64,000 nt of DNA. Source: an archaeon. Lineage in GTDB: Archaea; Thermoproteota; Nitrososphaeria; Nitrososphaerales; Gagatemarchaeaceae. The stretch is from NCBI GenBank assembly GCA_021791695.1, contig JAJYWC010000005.1, positions 696 through 64,695 on the forward strand, written 5' to 3'. Under the pieces are notes generated by a model. The model saw only the letters and a list, made by a program, of their open reading frames with translations. It was not told where the DNA came from and made no database searches. Shown piece after piece: positions 26,284 through 34,885 of this stretch. Position 1 is the stretch's first letter, and each line of letters starts with the position of its first letter. A program made the position numbers and the translations under genes.

Positions 26284-27432
26284 ATGCCCAAGGAAATCGG
26301 CGTCGGAGTCCTCGGATACTCGATAGGACGCGTGCACGCCCACGCTTGGAACAACGTCTCTGAAGTCTATCATCCTCTGCCGCTCGTCCCGAAGCTCGTC
26401 GCCCTCTACGGTCGCACCAAATCGGTCGTAGACTTCGAGGCGGAAAAGTACGGCTACGCCCGCACGTACGACGACTGGGAGAAGGTCGTCAAGGACGAGC
26501 AGGTCGAGGTCGTGGACAACTGTCTGCCCGTTAGCCTGCACCCCGAACCGATGATAGCTGCCGCGAAAATGGGCAAGAAGCTCTTCTCGGAGAAGCCGCT
26601 CGCGAGGCGGGCGAAGGACGCGAAGAAGATGCTGGACGCCGCTGAGAAGGCAAAGGTCCCGCACATGGTCGGCTACAACTACCGCTTCATCCCGGCGGTC
26701 ACGGTGGCGAGGCAGATGATCGCCGACGGGACAATAGGGAAGGTCCTCCACTTCAAGGGCTCCTACCTCACCACCAACAGCGGCTACGACAGCCCTGATA
26801 CGACGATGAGGTGGCAGTTCCAGTCGGACGTGTCGGGCTACGGAGCCCTGTCTGACCTGGGCACGCACGCGCTCGACCTTGCAAGGTACCTCGTCGGCGA
26901 GGTCTCGGCGGTCGCGAGCGCGCAGTCCACGTACATCGGCGAGAGGCCCGTTACCGGGAGTCCAGGGAAGAAGGGCAAGGTGGACGTCGACGACCTTACC
27001 GTAGCGGCGATGAAGTTCAAGAACGGCGCCCTCGGTACGCTGGACACCTCCTGGCTGATGCCTGGCAGGATGGACTACCTCACCTTCGAGGTCTACGGGA
27101 GCAAGGGCGCGCTCAGCTACAACCTGGAGCGCATAAACGAGCTGGGCGTCTACCTTACAGAGCAGAACCCGGGCAGCAGCGGGCTGAGGTCGCTCAACGT
27201 CATGACGAAGGAGAGCCCGTACATGAAGCAGTACTGGCCGAACCAGGGTGGAGGGTTCGGATGGGACCATACGTTCGTCAACGAGTTCCATCACTACCTG
27301 TCGTCCATCAACGAGGGCACGCCGATAGGACCTCAGGGCGCGACGTTCCTCGACGGCTACCGCAACTGCCTGATAATGGACGCGATCGCCGAGTCGGCCC
27401 GAAGCCAGAAGTGGGTCCAGGTGCCTCAGTAG
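26284..27432 (+). CDS. Gfo/Idh/MocA oxidoreductase
   Basis: MPKEIGVGVLGYSIGRVHAHAW, LFSEKPLARR and MVGYNYRF. First gene of a five-gene co-directional run. Confidence 0.8.
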   Translation: MPKEIGVGVLGYSIGRVHAHAWNNVSEVYHPLPLVPKLVALYGRTKSVVDFEAEKYGYARTYDDWEKVVKDEQVEVVDNCLPVSLHPEPMIAAAKMGKKLFSEKPLARRAKDAKKMLDAAEKAKVPHMVGYNYRFIPAVTVARQMIADGTIGKVLHFKGSYLTTNSGYDSPDTTMRWQFQSDVSGYGALSDLGTHALDLARYLVGEVSAVASAQSTYIGERPVTGSPGKKGKVDVDDLTVAAMKFKNGALGTLDTSWLMPGRMDYLTFEVYGSKGALSYNLERINELGVYLTEQNPGSSGLRSLNVMTKESPYMKQYWPNQGGGFGWDHTFVNEFHHYLSSINEGTPIGPQGATFLDGYRNCLIMDAIAESARSQKWVQVPQ

Positions 27433-28605
27433 ATGGCCTCTGGCGCATCGCCTGGCTCCTCCAAGGTGCGGGCGGCCGTGATGGATGCGCCGGGGTCGAT
27501 GAGGATGGCGGGGTTCCCCGTCCCCGCCGTGGGGGAGGAGACGGCGCTCATCGACGTGGACCTCTGCGGGATCTGCGGCACTGACAAGCACATCTACATG
27601 GACCTGGTCAAGTCTCATCCTCTCGGGATGCCGACCAAGTTCCCCATCATACCGGGGCACGAGATAGTCGGAAGGATTTCGGCCATAGGCCCGAGGGCGG
27701 CCAAGAGGATGAGCCTCACGGGGGGCGACCTGCGCCCGGGAGACAGGGTCGTCCCGGTCATCGACCTGCGCTGCGGCGAGTGCACGGGCTGCAAGATGCA
27801 CCCCGGATGGCCGACATGCGAGAGAGGCGAGACCTACGGGTGGGGCATCACGTCGAAGGACCCCCCCCACCTGTTCGGAGGGTTCGCCGAGAAGATGTTC
27901 TTGCTCCCGCAGACGAAGCTCGCCCGCGTCCCGGACTCGGTCCCGGACGAGGTCGCGGTGTATGCCGAGGTGCTGGCGGTAGGATTCACCTCCGTCGCGC
28001 GCATTTCTCACTCCATGCAGCTGGGAGGGGAAGGTACCTCTTTCGTCGGTGACGTCGTGGTCCAGGGCAGCGGACCTCTGGCGCTCGCGCACGTGATAGC
28101 CGCGAAGGTCGCTGGGGCGCGACGCATAGTGGTGGTCGGCATGCCAGAGTACAGGTTGGAGCTGATGAAGAAGTTCGGGGTCGACCTCGTCATAGACGCA
28201 GGCAAGACCGACAGACACGAGAGGTCCGGCAGGGTGGCGGAGGCGGTGGGGGGAGAGGGAGCCGATGTGGTCTTCGAATGCACGGGCGACCCGGGCGTCG
28301 TCGAGGAGGGTCTTTCGTATCTCAAGCCCTTCGGCTACTACGTCGTGGCCGGAATCTACAGCGACAACGGCATGACCACCACGCTCAACGTGCAGAAGTA
28401 CGTCTCGGGGAGGTACGCCACTGTTGTCGGAAGCGGTGGCCAGACGGAGCAGTCCTACGGTCAGGCGCTGAGGATGATGGAGAGCTTCGCCGGGACGATA
28501 CCGTTCGAGAAGGTCGTGAGCCACCAGTTTCCGCTGGAGAAGCACGCAGAGGCGATGGCTACGGCGATCAGCGAGAAGTCGATGAAGGTCGCCTTCCGGC
28601 CGTAG
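27433..28605 (+). CDS. Zn-dependent MDR dehydrogenase, long subfamily (390 aa), paralogue of 25038..26195
   Basis: LCGICGTDKH, IPGHEIVG, CGECTGCK, SKDPPHLFGGFAEKMF and VVVQGSGPLA. The ATG directly follows the upstream stop. Confidence 0.8.
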   Translation: MASGASPGSSKVRAAVMDAPGSMRMAGFPVPAVGEETALIDVDLCGICGTDKHIYMDLVKSHPLGMPTKFPIIPGHEIVGRISAIGPRAAKRMSLTGGDLRPGDRVVPVIDLRCGECTGCKMHPGWPTCERGETYGWGITSKDPPHLFGGFAEKMFLLPQTKLARVPDSVPDEVAVYAEVLAVGFTSVARISHSMQLGGEGTSFVGDVVVQGSGPLALAHVIAAKVAGARRIVVVGMPEYRLELMKKFGVDLVIDAGKTDRHERSGRVAEAVGGEGADVVFECTGDPGVVEEGLSYLKPFGYYVVAGIYSDNGMTTTLNVQKYVSGRYATVVGSGGQTEQSYGQALRMMESFAGTIPFEKVVSHQFPLEKHAEAMATAISEKSMKVAFRP

Positions 28606-28617
28606 GACGGGATAGCG

Positions 28618-29640
28618 ATGAAAGCAGTAGTCTTCAGAGAGGTCGGGAAGGGGATCTCGGTCGAGGAGATGCCGGCTCCGGCCGTGAGTGGGGAGCACGA
28701 TGTGCTGATACGGGTCAGGGACTGCGGCATCTGCGGGAGCGACCTTGCCATCCTCGAAGGGCGCCATCCCTCGAAGCCCCCGGTCATCCTCGGGCACGAG
28801 CTCTCCGGAGAGGTGGTCGCCGTCGGGAAGAGCGTCATGAGCGTGGCCCCGGAGGACCACGTCGTCGTCGACCCGAACGTGAGCTGCGGGCGCTGCACGC
28901 CGTGCAGGCTCGGGAGGAGGAACATGTGCCTCGACATGGTGGAGCTGGGGATAACTAGGAACGGGGGGTTCGCCGAGCTGATGCTCGCCCCGGAGAACTT
29001 CGTCTACCGGGTGCGTGACAGGCTTTCCTGGAGGGCGGCCGCTCTCATCGAGCCTCTAGCCTGCGTGGTCCACGGCTTCGAGCGGAGCAGAGTGCAACCG
29101 GATGAAACCGCCGTCGTCTACGGAGCGGGGCCGATGGGGCTGCTGTGGGTTACGATGCTCCGCAGGGCGGGGGTCGACAACGTCTTCTCCGTCGACCTCT
29201 CGGAGAAGAGGAGGGAGATGGCCAAGCAGCTGGGCGCTGACGTTACGATAGACCCGACTGAGAACGACCCCGTTGAGCTCGTCCACAGGCTCACGGACGG
29301 TCGCGGCGCCGACGTTGCCGTCGAGATGATAGGGAGGGCGGAGACCGTAGAGAACTCGGTCAGGTCCGTCGGGGCCGGTGGGCGGGTCGTCATAATGGGG
29401 GTCTCGAGGAAGGACGCCCTGTCGCGCATCTCGCCATTCGACGTGATGGCCAAGGAGGTGGAGATAATCGGATCCAACGCCAATGCCTACGGGTTCGTGC
29501 CCTCGATTCGTCTGATCGAGTCGGGGGCGATCCCTGTAGACTTCCTGGTCAGCCACGAGGTCCCGATATCAGAGGCCCAGAGGGCTTTCGACCTCTGCAA
29601 GTCGGGAGAGGGGCTCAAGGTCCTGATAAGACCCGTCTGA
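28618..29640 (+). CDS. Zn-dependent MDR dehydrogenase (threonine/sorbitol dehydrogenase-like)
   Basis: MKAVVF..., CGICGSDLA, ILGHELSGEV, CGRCTPCRLG and VYGAGPMGL. Confidence 0.8.
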   Translation: MKAVVFREVGKGISVEEMPAPAVSGEHDVLIRVRDCGICGSDLAILEGRHPSKPPVILGHELSGEVVAVGKSVMSVAPEDHVVVDPNVSCGRCTPCRLGRRNMCLDMVELGITRNGGFAELMLAPENFVYRVRDRLSWRAAALIEPLACVVHGFERSRVQPDETAVVYGAGPMGLLWVTMLRRAGVDNVFSVDLSEKRREMAKQLGADVTIDPTENDPVELVHRLTDGRGADVAVEMIGRAETVENSVRSVGAGGRVVIMGVSRKDALSRISPFDVMAKEVEIIGSNANAYGFVPSIRLIESGAIPVDFLVSHEVPISEAQRAFDLCKSGEGLKVLIRPV

Positions 29641-29666
29641 CCGAACGGCTATAACTCCTGAATTTC

Positions 29667-30701
29667 ATGGGCATTCCGTTGTCCACGACCAAGACTGTCC
29701 AGATAGGAGTCATCGGTGTAGGTTCCATAGGCAAGGTCCACGCCCAGAACCTCGCGCGCCGCGTCCCAAACGCAACGCTCGCGGCGATAGCCGACGCCAA
29801 CAGGGCCGCAGCCGACAGTGTCGCCTCGCAGACCGGCGTCAAGCAGGTCTACACCGACTACAAGGAGATGCTTCGGAACAAGGACATCGAGGCGGTCGTG
29901 GTCGCCACGCCGACCTTCCTGAAACTCGAGGTCGTCAAGGCTGCAGCCGAGGCTGGCAAGCACATATTCTGCGAGAAGCCGATGGCGCTTACGCTGAAGG
30001 AGTGTGACGAGTTCATCCATACCTCCGAGAGGGCCGGGATAAAGTTCCAGGTCGGCTACCAGCGCAGGTTCGACCCGTCTTACATGAGGCTGAAGCAGTC
30101 CCTGGACGCCGGCCAGGTCGGGAAGATGCTTCTGCTAAGGTCGAACACTCGGGACCCGCCGCAGAAGGTATCCGGGTGGGCCGACCCCAAGGTCAGCGGG
30201 GGCATATTTCTCGACACGAGCAGCCACGACTACGACGTGATCCGGTGGCTGAGCGGGAGCGAAGCACAGAGCGTCATGGCTGACGGCATGACGACCGCAT
30301 ACCCGGAGCTGAAACAGCTCGGCGACGTCGACACGACGATGACGATAATCAGACTGGCCAACGGTGCACTCGCGCACGTGGATGCCTGCAGGGTCAGCGT
30401 CTACGGGTACGACGTCCGCGCGGAGGTAGTGGGGACCGAGGGGGCCGCGTTCATGGACATCGGAAGAGGTTCGGACGCCCACCTCCTGAAGAAGGATTGG
30501 GAGAGCAATGAGTTCTCCTACTGGTACCAGCAGAGGTTCGACGAAGCCTACAGGGGAGAACTCGAGGGATTCGCGGCGGCGGTGCTTTCGGACTCGAAAC
30601 CGAAGGTCACTGCGCGCGACGGGAGGGGCGCGGTGGAGATAGGGCTGGCCGCCCGGCTATCGATGGAGCAGCGCAGGGCGGTCTCACTACCGCTGGCGTA
30701 G
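29667..30701 (+). CDS. Gfo/Idh/MocA oxidoreductase, IolG-like, paralogue of 24022..25041
   Basis: VQIGVIGVGSIGKVHAQN, HIFCEKPMALT, KFQVGYQRRFDPSY and TRDPPQKVSGWADPKVSGGIFLDTSSHDYD are colinear with 24022..25041. Confidence 0.8.
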   Translation: MGIPLSTTKTVQIGVIGVGSIGKVHAQNLARRVPNATLAAIADANRAAADSVASQTGVKQVYTDYKEMLRNKDIEAVVVATPTFLKLEVVKAAAEAGKHIFCEKPMALTLKECDEFIHTSERAGIKFQVGYQRRFDPSYMRLKQSLDAGQVGKMLLLRSNTRDPPQKVSGWADPKVSGGIFLDTSSHDYDVIRWLSGSEAQSVMADGMTTAYPELKQLGDVDTTMTIIRLANGALAHVDACRVSVYGYDVRAEVVGTEGAAFMDIGRGSDAHLLKKDWESNEFSYWYQQRFDEAYRGELEGFAAAVLSDSKPKVTARDGRGAVEIGLAARLSMEQRRAVSLPLA

Positions 30702-30708
30702 ACCACCC

Positions 30709-31830
30709 TTGGCAAGGCACACAGTAGGTCTTGTCGGAGGAGGACAGGTGGCAAGGGCCCACGTCATAGGTTTCGGGAACATACCCCTGTTCTACGGGCC
30801 GGAAAGGACCGCCGACGTGGTGATGGTCGCCGAGGCAACTGACGACCTCGCCTCTACGTCCGCGAAGCGCTTCGGGATCCCGCGCTGGACCTCGGACTGG
30901 CATGCGCTGGTCGGAGACCCCCGCGTCGAGATTGTCGATGTCCTAACCCCGACCTACCTCCACAAGGAGCCCGCCATCGAGGCGATGGAGAAGGGCAAGG
31001 CGGTGATATGCGAGAAGCCGCTCGCTGCGAAGGAGTCCGACGCCCGGGAGATGTATGAGGTAGCCAGGAGGACAGGGGCCCGGACACTGGTCGGCTTCAA
31101 CTACAGGAGGGTACCGGCGGTCACCCTCGCGAAGAGGATGATCGAGGACGGCAAGGTCGGTAAGGTCCAGCACGTCAGGTCGCACTTCATGGAGGACTGG
31201 GGAGGGCCCGGCTTTCCGCTTACCTGGCGCTTCAGGTCCTCGCAGGCGGGCGCGGGTGCCCTCGCCGACCTCGGGTCTCACTCGCTGGATATGGTCCGCT
31301 ACCTCGCGGGAGAGCCGACCGAGGTGTGCGGCATCGCTGCGAACTTCGTTCCGACTCGAAGCCTACCCGGTCAGTCGGAGAGGCTCCCGTCCGACGTCGA
31401 CGACGTGAGCGTCGTGATGCTGCGTGTCGCGGGAGGTGCGGTTGCGGAGGTGAGCGCCTCTTGGGTCTCTCCGGGGAGAAAGGTCCAGCTGGACTTCGAG
31501 GTCCAGGGAAGCGAGGGAACCCTCTACTTCACAATGGAGAGGCCGAACGAACTGAACTACTACTCGGCCCGGGACCCAAAGGGAGAGCAAGGCTTCAGGC
31601 AGGTGTACTTCGGTCCGGCGCACCAGTACGGGAGCTCGCTGATCTTCGGCACACCCACCATGGGTACGGGGTACGTCGACTCCATGGTGAACCAGATGAA
31701 CGACTTCCTCGGCTGCGTGGAGGCTGGGCAGGAATGCTCCCCTTCGTTCGCTGACGGCTGGAGGGTCAGCAGGCTCATCTCGGCCATACTCGAGTCCTCC
31801 TCGAAGAAGTCCTGGGTCTCCGTCGGATGA
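30709..31830 (+). CDS. Gfo/Idh/MocA oxidoreductase
   Basis: TTG start. VGLVGGGQVARAHVIG, VICEKPLAAK, LVGFNYRR and GALADLGSHSLDMVRYL. Confidence 0.8.
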   Translation: MARHTVGLVGGGQVARAHVIGFGNIPLFYGPERTADVVMVAEATDDLASTSAKRFGIPRWTSDWHALVGDPRVEIVDVLTPTYLHKEPAIEAMEKGKAVICEKPLAAKESDAREMYEVARRTGARTLVGFNYRRVPAVTLAKRMIEDGKVGKVQHVRSHFMEDWGGPGFPLTWRFRSSQAGAGALADLGSHSLDMVRYLAGEPTEVCGIAANFVPTRSLPGQSERLPSDVDDVSVVMLRVAGGAVAEVSASWVSPGRKVQLDFEVQGSEGTLYFTMERPNELNYYSARDPKGEQGFRQVYFGPAHQYGSSLIFGTPTMGTGYVDSMVNQMNDFLGCVEAGQECSPSFADGWRVSRLISAILESSSKKSWVSVG

Positions 31831-31834
31831 GCGT

Positions 31835-32764
31835 TCAGCCCCCTAGATACAGAAGGGTCAGTACGCCTCCGAGCAGCATCGCTATCCCGGCCACATGGTT
31901 CCAGTCCAGCTTCTCCCTGAGGAACGCTACCGCCAGGAGGACGGTGAATGCCGCTGACATCCCGCTGAAGGTGGCCAGTATTGGCACCGCGTCGGGAGCC
32001 GCCGAGATGATCGCTCCGAGGCTGAAGAGAATCGCGCCGGCGGCTTCAAGGGCCGACATCACACACAGCTTCGGCAGCGTACCACCGAAGACCGGCTTCA
32101 CGTCTTCCTTGAGCAAGGGCGCCAGACCGAGGCCAAGCCCGGCGGCCCCGAGCCTTATTGCGATGGCGGGAAGGAGGAACCCGAAGGTCTCCGTCGCGAA
32201 CCCGAACGCGGTCCATCCGGCGCCGAAGAATATCATCGCCACGATTGCCCATCCGACGCCAGGTGCGGGCCCCTTCCCCGGCCCGAAGACGCTCCGCCTG
32301 AGGGAGGAGATGTTCGTGGAGACCAGCGTTATCCCGATTACGACTACGAGCAGTGCCGCCCCCGAACCGAGCGAGAAGGATGCACCTATGAGAAGGACCG
32401 AGAGCACCGCAGAGAACGCAGGGTAGGAGTTTGCTATCGGGGAGGTAATGGAGAGCATCCCCTTGCTGTAGGCCTTGTAGAGAGAGAGGTTCGAGACGTA
32501 CATCGACACAGCGATGAAGAGCACCAGGGAGACCGAGAGAAGCGAGAAGTCGAAGCTCGACCGGAGTATGAATCCCGGAAGGAGCGTGGCGACCCCGCCG
32601 ATGGCGAGCACGTACACGGTCGTCCTGTACGCACCGATCTTCCTCGTGACGCCCTTGGAGAGAAAGTCCGAGATACCGAACGAGAGGGAGATCAGGGCTC
32701 CGAGCCCGAAGACGACGACGTTCAAGCTATCAAATCGGACGAGGGCAGCCTGTCTCGCGACCAC
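31835..32764 (-). CDS. EamA/DMT-superfamily transporter
   Basis: 309 aa, about 10 hydrophobic segments in two similar halves, Gly/Ala-rich helices typical of EamA repeats. Confidence 0.65.
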   Translation of the reverse strand: MVARQAALVRFDSLNVVVFGLGALISLSFGISDFLSKGVTRKIGAYRTTVYVLAIGGVATLLPGFILRSSFDFSLLSVSLVLFIAVSMYVSNLSLYKAYSKGMLSITSPIANSYPAFSAVLSVLLIGASFSLGSGAALLVVVIGITLVSTNISSLRRSVFGPGKGPAPGVGWAIVAMIFFGAGWTAFGFATETFGFLLPAIAIRLGAAGLGLGLAPLLKEDVKPVFGGTLPKLCVMSALEAAGAILFSLGAIISAAPDAVPILATFSGMSAAFTVLLAVAFLREKLDWNHVAGIAMLLGGVLTLLYLGG

Positions 32765-32806
32765 CTAGTAATTCCTTTTGGCCATTTTTTCGCTGCTACG
32801 CCAAGG

Positions 32807-32816
32807 ATAAATAATC
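32807..32816 (+). promoter_or_regulatory. TATA box upstream of the binding-protein ATG (32840)
   Basis: GATAAATAAT, centred about 28 nt upstream of the ATG. Confidence 0.5.
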
Positions 32817-32839
32817 CTAAATCGCATCGCCGCGGCTAG

Positions 32840-34792
32840 ATGCAACTCGGCTCCGAGCGGAAGGCGGTCGGAAAAACTGTTGTAGCTGCTGTTATCGTGA
32901 TCGTCCTGGTGGTCGCTGCCGCGGCCGGAGTGTACTATTACACTACTCTGCCCAAGAGCTCTACCACGACTAGTAGTAGTAGTTCAGGGACGGCAACGAC
33001 CTCGTCGAGCGCGACGGTCAATACACTCACCATCGACGATGAGACGTGGCCAACGGGCAACCTTAACCAGCTAACTGCGATAGGGGCCATTCCGTATCCA
33101 GACTGGCTGGACTATACGGTCTACCAGTCCCTCGTCACCGTCAACGGCACGCAGCTCTACGACTCGGGGACCGTCCAGGTCGAGCCGATGCTTGCTAGCA
33201 GCTGGAACTCTTCCTCCAGCGGCACCAACTGGACCTTCTTCCTCCAGAAGGGCGTGACCTTCTCGAACGGCGACCCGTTCAACGCCTACCAGGTCTGGGG
33301 CGAGCTTTACGGATTCTACTACCTTAGCGGCAACAGCTCCGGGTGGGCCGTAGGGTACAACGTCTTCAACATGAACACAGCCAACTTCGGACCGAGCACG
33401 CTTGCGCTGATGGGTTCCACGAAGACTCAGATGATAACCCCCACCGCCCAGCTCATGGCCATCATGACGAACAAGTCGTGGCCGATCTACGTCGTCAACG
33501 CGAACGAGATAGGCTTCAACCTGAAGGCGAACTTCCAGTACTTCCCCCAGATGTGGGTCCAGTTCACCGGGCTGATGTTCGACACCCAGTACGTCCTGAA
33601 CAACGGCGGATTCGGCACCCCGGTCTCCTTCAATCAGGCGTTCAACAACAACCCGATTCCTGGGACCGGCCCGTATGTAGTGACGAACGTCGCGGTGAAC
33701 TCTCAGGTCTCGTTCACCCAGAACCCAACCTACTGGGCGAAGAACTGGACTGCCTCCCAGATTAAGGCCAACCCCTACATGGACCCTGGCCACGTCAAGA
33801 ACGTGGTGATCACCGTGCAGGGTAACGACCTATCCAGGTACGTGGACCTTCACTCAGGCCAGGCCGATATCGCCCCGATACTGACGCAAGACTGGAGCAG
33901 CGTGGTCAACAACTCGCAGTACTCCTACTTTGTGATGCCGAACAGCGCGGCCAACATCGTCGGCATCGCGCTGAACACCCAGCGCTACCCGACCAACATC
34001 ACGGACTTCAGACTGGCGATCGCGCACGGGATCAACTACACGGCGATTGCTGACGCCGCGTTCCTGGCAAAGCAGGGAGGCGGTTTGACCCCCATGATGG
34101 GACCCGAATATCCGCCGTTCACCCAGCTTTACGACCTGGGCAATGTCCCTCCGTACCAGTATGACCCAACCCTCGCAATGCAGGAGCTGCAGGCCAGCGG
34201 CGTGAATACCGCGACTATGCCCACGATGCAGTTCGCAATCATCGACGGTTGCGGGGTCTGTCTCTCGACAGCCCAGATAGTGGTGCAGGACCTCACCTCG
34301 ATGGGCATCAAGGTTGCAGTGGACCAAGTCTCGCCCTCACAGTACGGGCCTCCGTTGGTCGCCGGGTCAGGGACCTATCAGCAGGAGGTCAACGAGTCCC
34401 AGTCGATCGTGAACATAATGTGGTTCGGCACAGCGACTTTCGCTCCGGACGAGCCCACCCCGGCTGACTCGTGGTTGACATGGGTCAGCAACGAGACATC
34501 CGCAAATAACTGGGCCATCTACTCGAACCCCGTCGTGCAGACATGTGTCAACGACCTCACAAACGGGACCCCCGAAGCAGCGCTGACGGCGGCCTGCACG
34601 GCGGCTCAGGCGCGGGTAGCTGCCGACGCTCCGTACATCTGGCTGGGCAGCGTCAAGCTGTTCTTCGGTGGCGGATCGATAGTGTGGAACAACGGCGTGG
34701 TGAAGAGCTTCCTGGCAGACCCGGTCTTCAGCGGCCAGTCCGCCACTGCGATCTTCAACACTGTCCAGTTCACCAACGGACAGGACCAGTAG
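32840..34792 (+). CDS. ABC-transporter substrate-binding protein, family 5 (Opp/Dpp-like; archaeal sugar/peptide type), membrane-anchored with a Ser/Thr stalk
   Basis: N-terminal TM helix (VVAAVIVIVLVVAAAAGVYYY), a TTTSSSSSGTATTSSS stalk, then about 580 aa with a family-5 SBP look (TFSNGDPFNAYQV..., GTGPYVV). No permease or ATPase genes are adjacent. Confidence 0.7.
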   Translation: MQLGSERKAVGKTVVAAVIVIVLVVAAAAGVYYYTTLPKSSTTTSSSSSGTATTSSSATVNTLTIDDETWPTGNLNQLTAIGAIPYPDWLDYTVYQSLVTVNGTQLYDSGTVQVEPMLASSWNSSSSGTNWTFFLQKGVTFSNGDPFNAYQVWGELYGFYYLSGNSSGWAVGYNVFNMNTANFGPSTLALMGSTKTQMITPTAQLMAIMTNKSWPIYVVNANEIGFNLKANFQYFPQMWVQFTGLMFDTQYVLNNGGFGTPVSFNQAFNNNPIPGTGPYVVTNVAVNSQVSFTQNPTYWAKNWTASQIKANPYMDPGHVKNVVITVQGNDLSRYVDLHSGQADIAPILTQDWSSVVNNSQYSYFVMPNSAANIVGIALNTQRYPTNITDFRLAIAHGINYTAIADAAFLAKQGGGLTPMMGPEYPPFTQLYDLGNVPPYQYDPTLAMQELQASGVNTATMPTMQFAIIDGCGVCLSTAQIVVQDLTSMGIKVAVDQVSPSQYGPPLVAGSGTYQQEVNESQSIVNIMWFGTATFAPDEPTPADSWLTWVSNETSANNWAIYSNPVVQTCVNDLTNGTPEAALTAACTAAQARVAADAPYIWLGSVKLFFGGGSIVWNNGVVKSFLADPVFSGQSATAIFNTVQFTNGQDQ

Positions 34793-34850
34793 ACGCGCTG
34801 CCGCATCACTCCGGCAGCGCCTCACGGTTTTCCCGCCTGGCCTCGTCAGG

Positions 34851-34860
34851 CTTAAGTATG
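34851..34860 (+). promoter_or_regulatory. TATA-like box upstream of ATG 34886
   Basis: CTTAAGTATG, centred about 30 nt upstream of the ATG. Confidence 0.35.
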
Positions 34861-34885
34861 AAGCATCGATGAAGCGGGCGATCCG

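Noticed and set aside
26257-28860. An 867-aa ORF on the minus strand spanning three + strand genes
   Set aside because: It is antisense to genes with clear Gfo/Idh/MocA and Zn-MDR motifs. Its own product is Arg/His/Asp/Leu/Pro-rich with no recognisable domain. Long shadow ORFs like this are expected in G+C-rich, codon-biased DNA.
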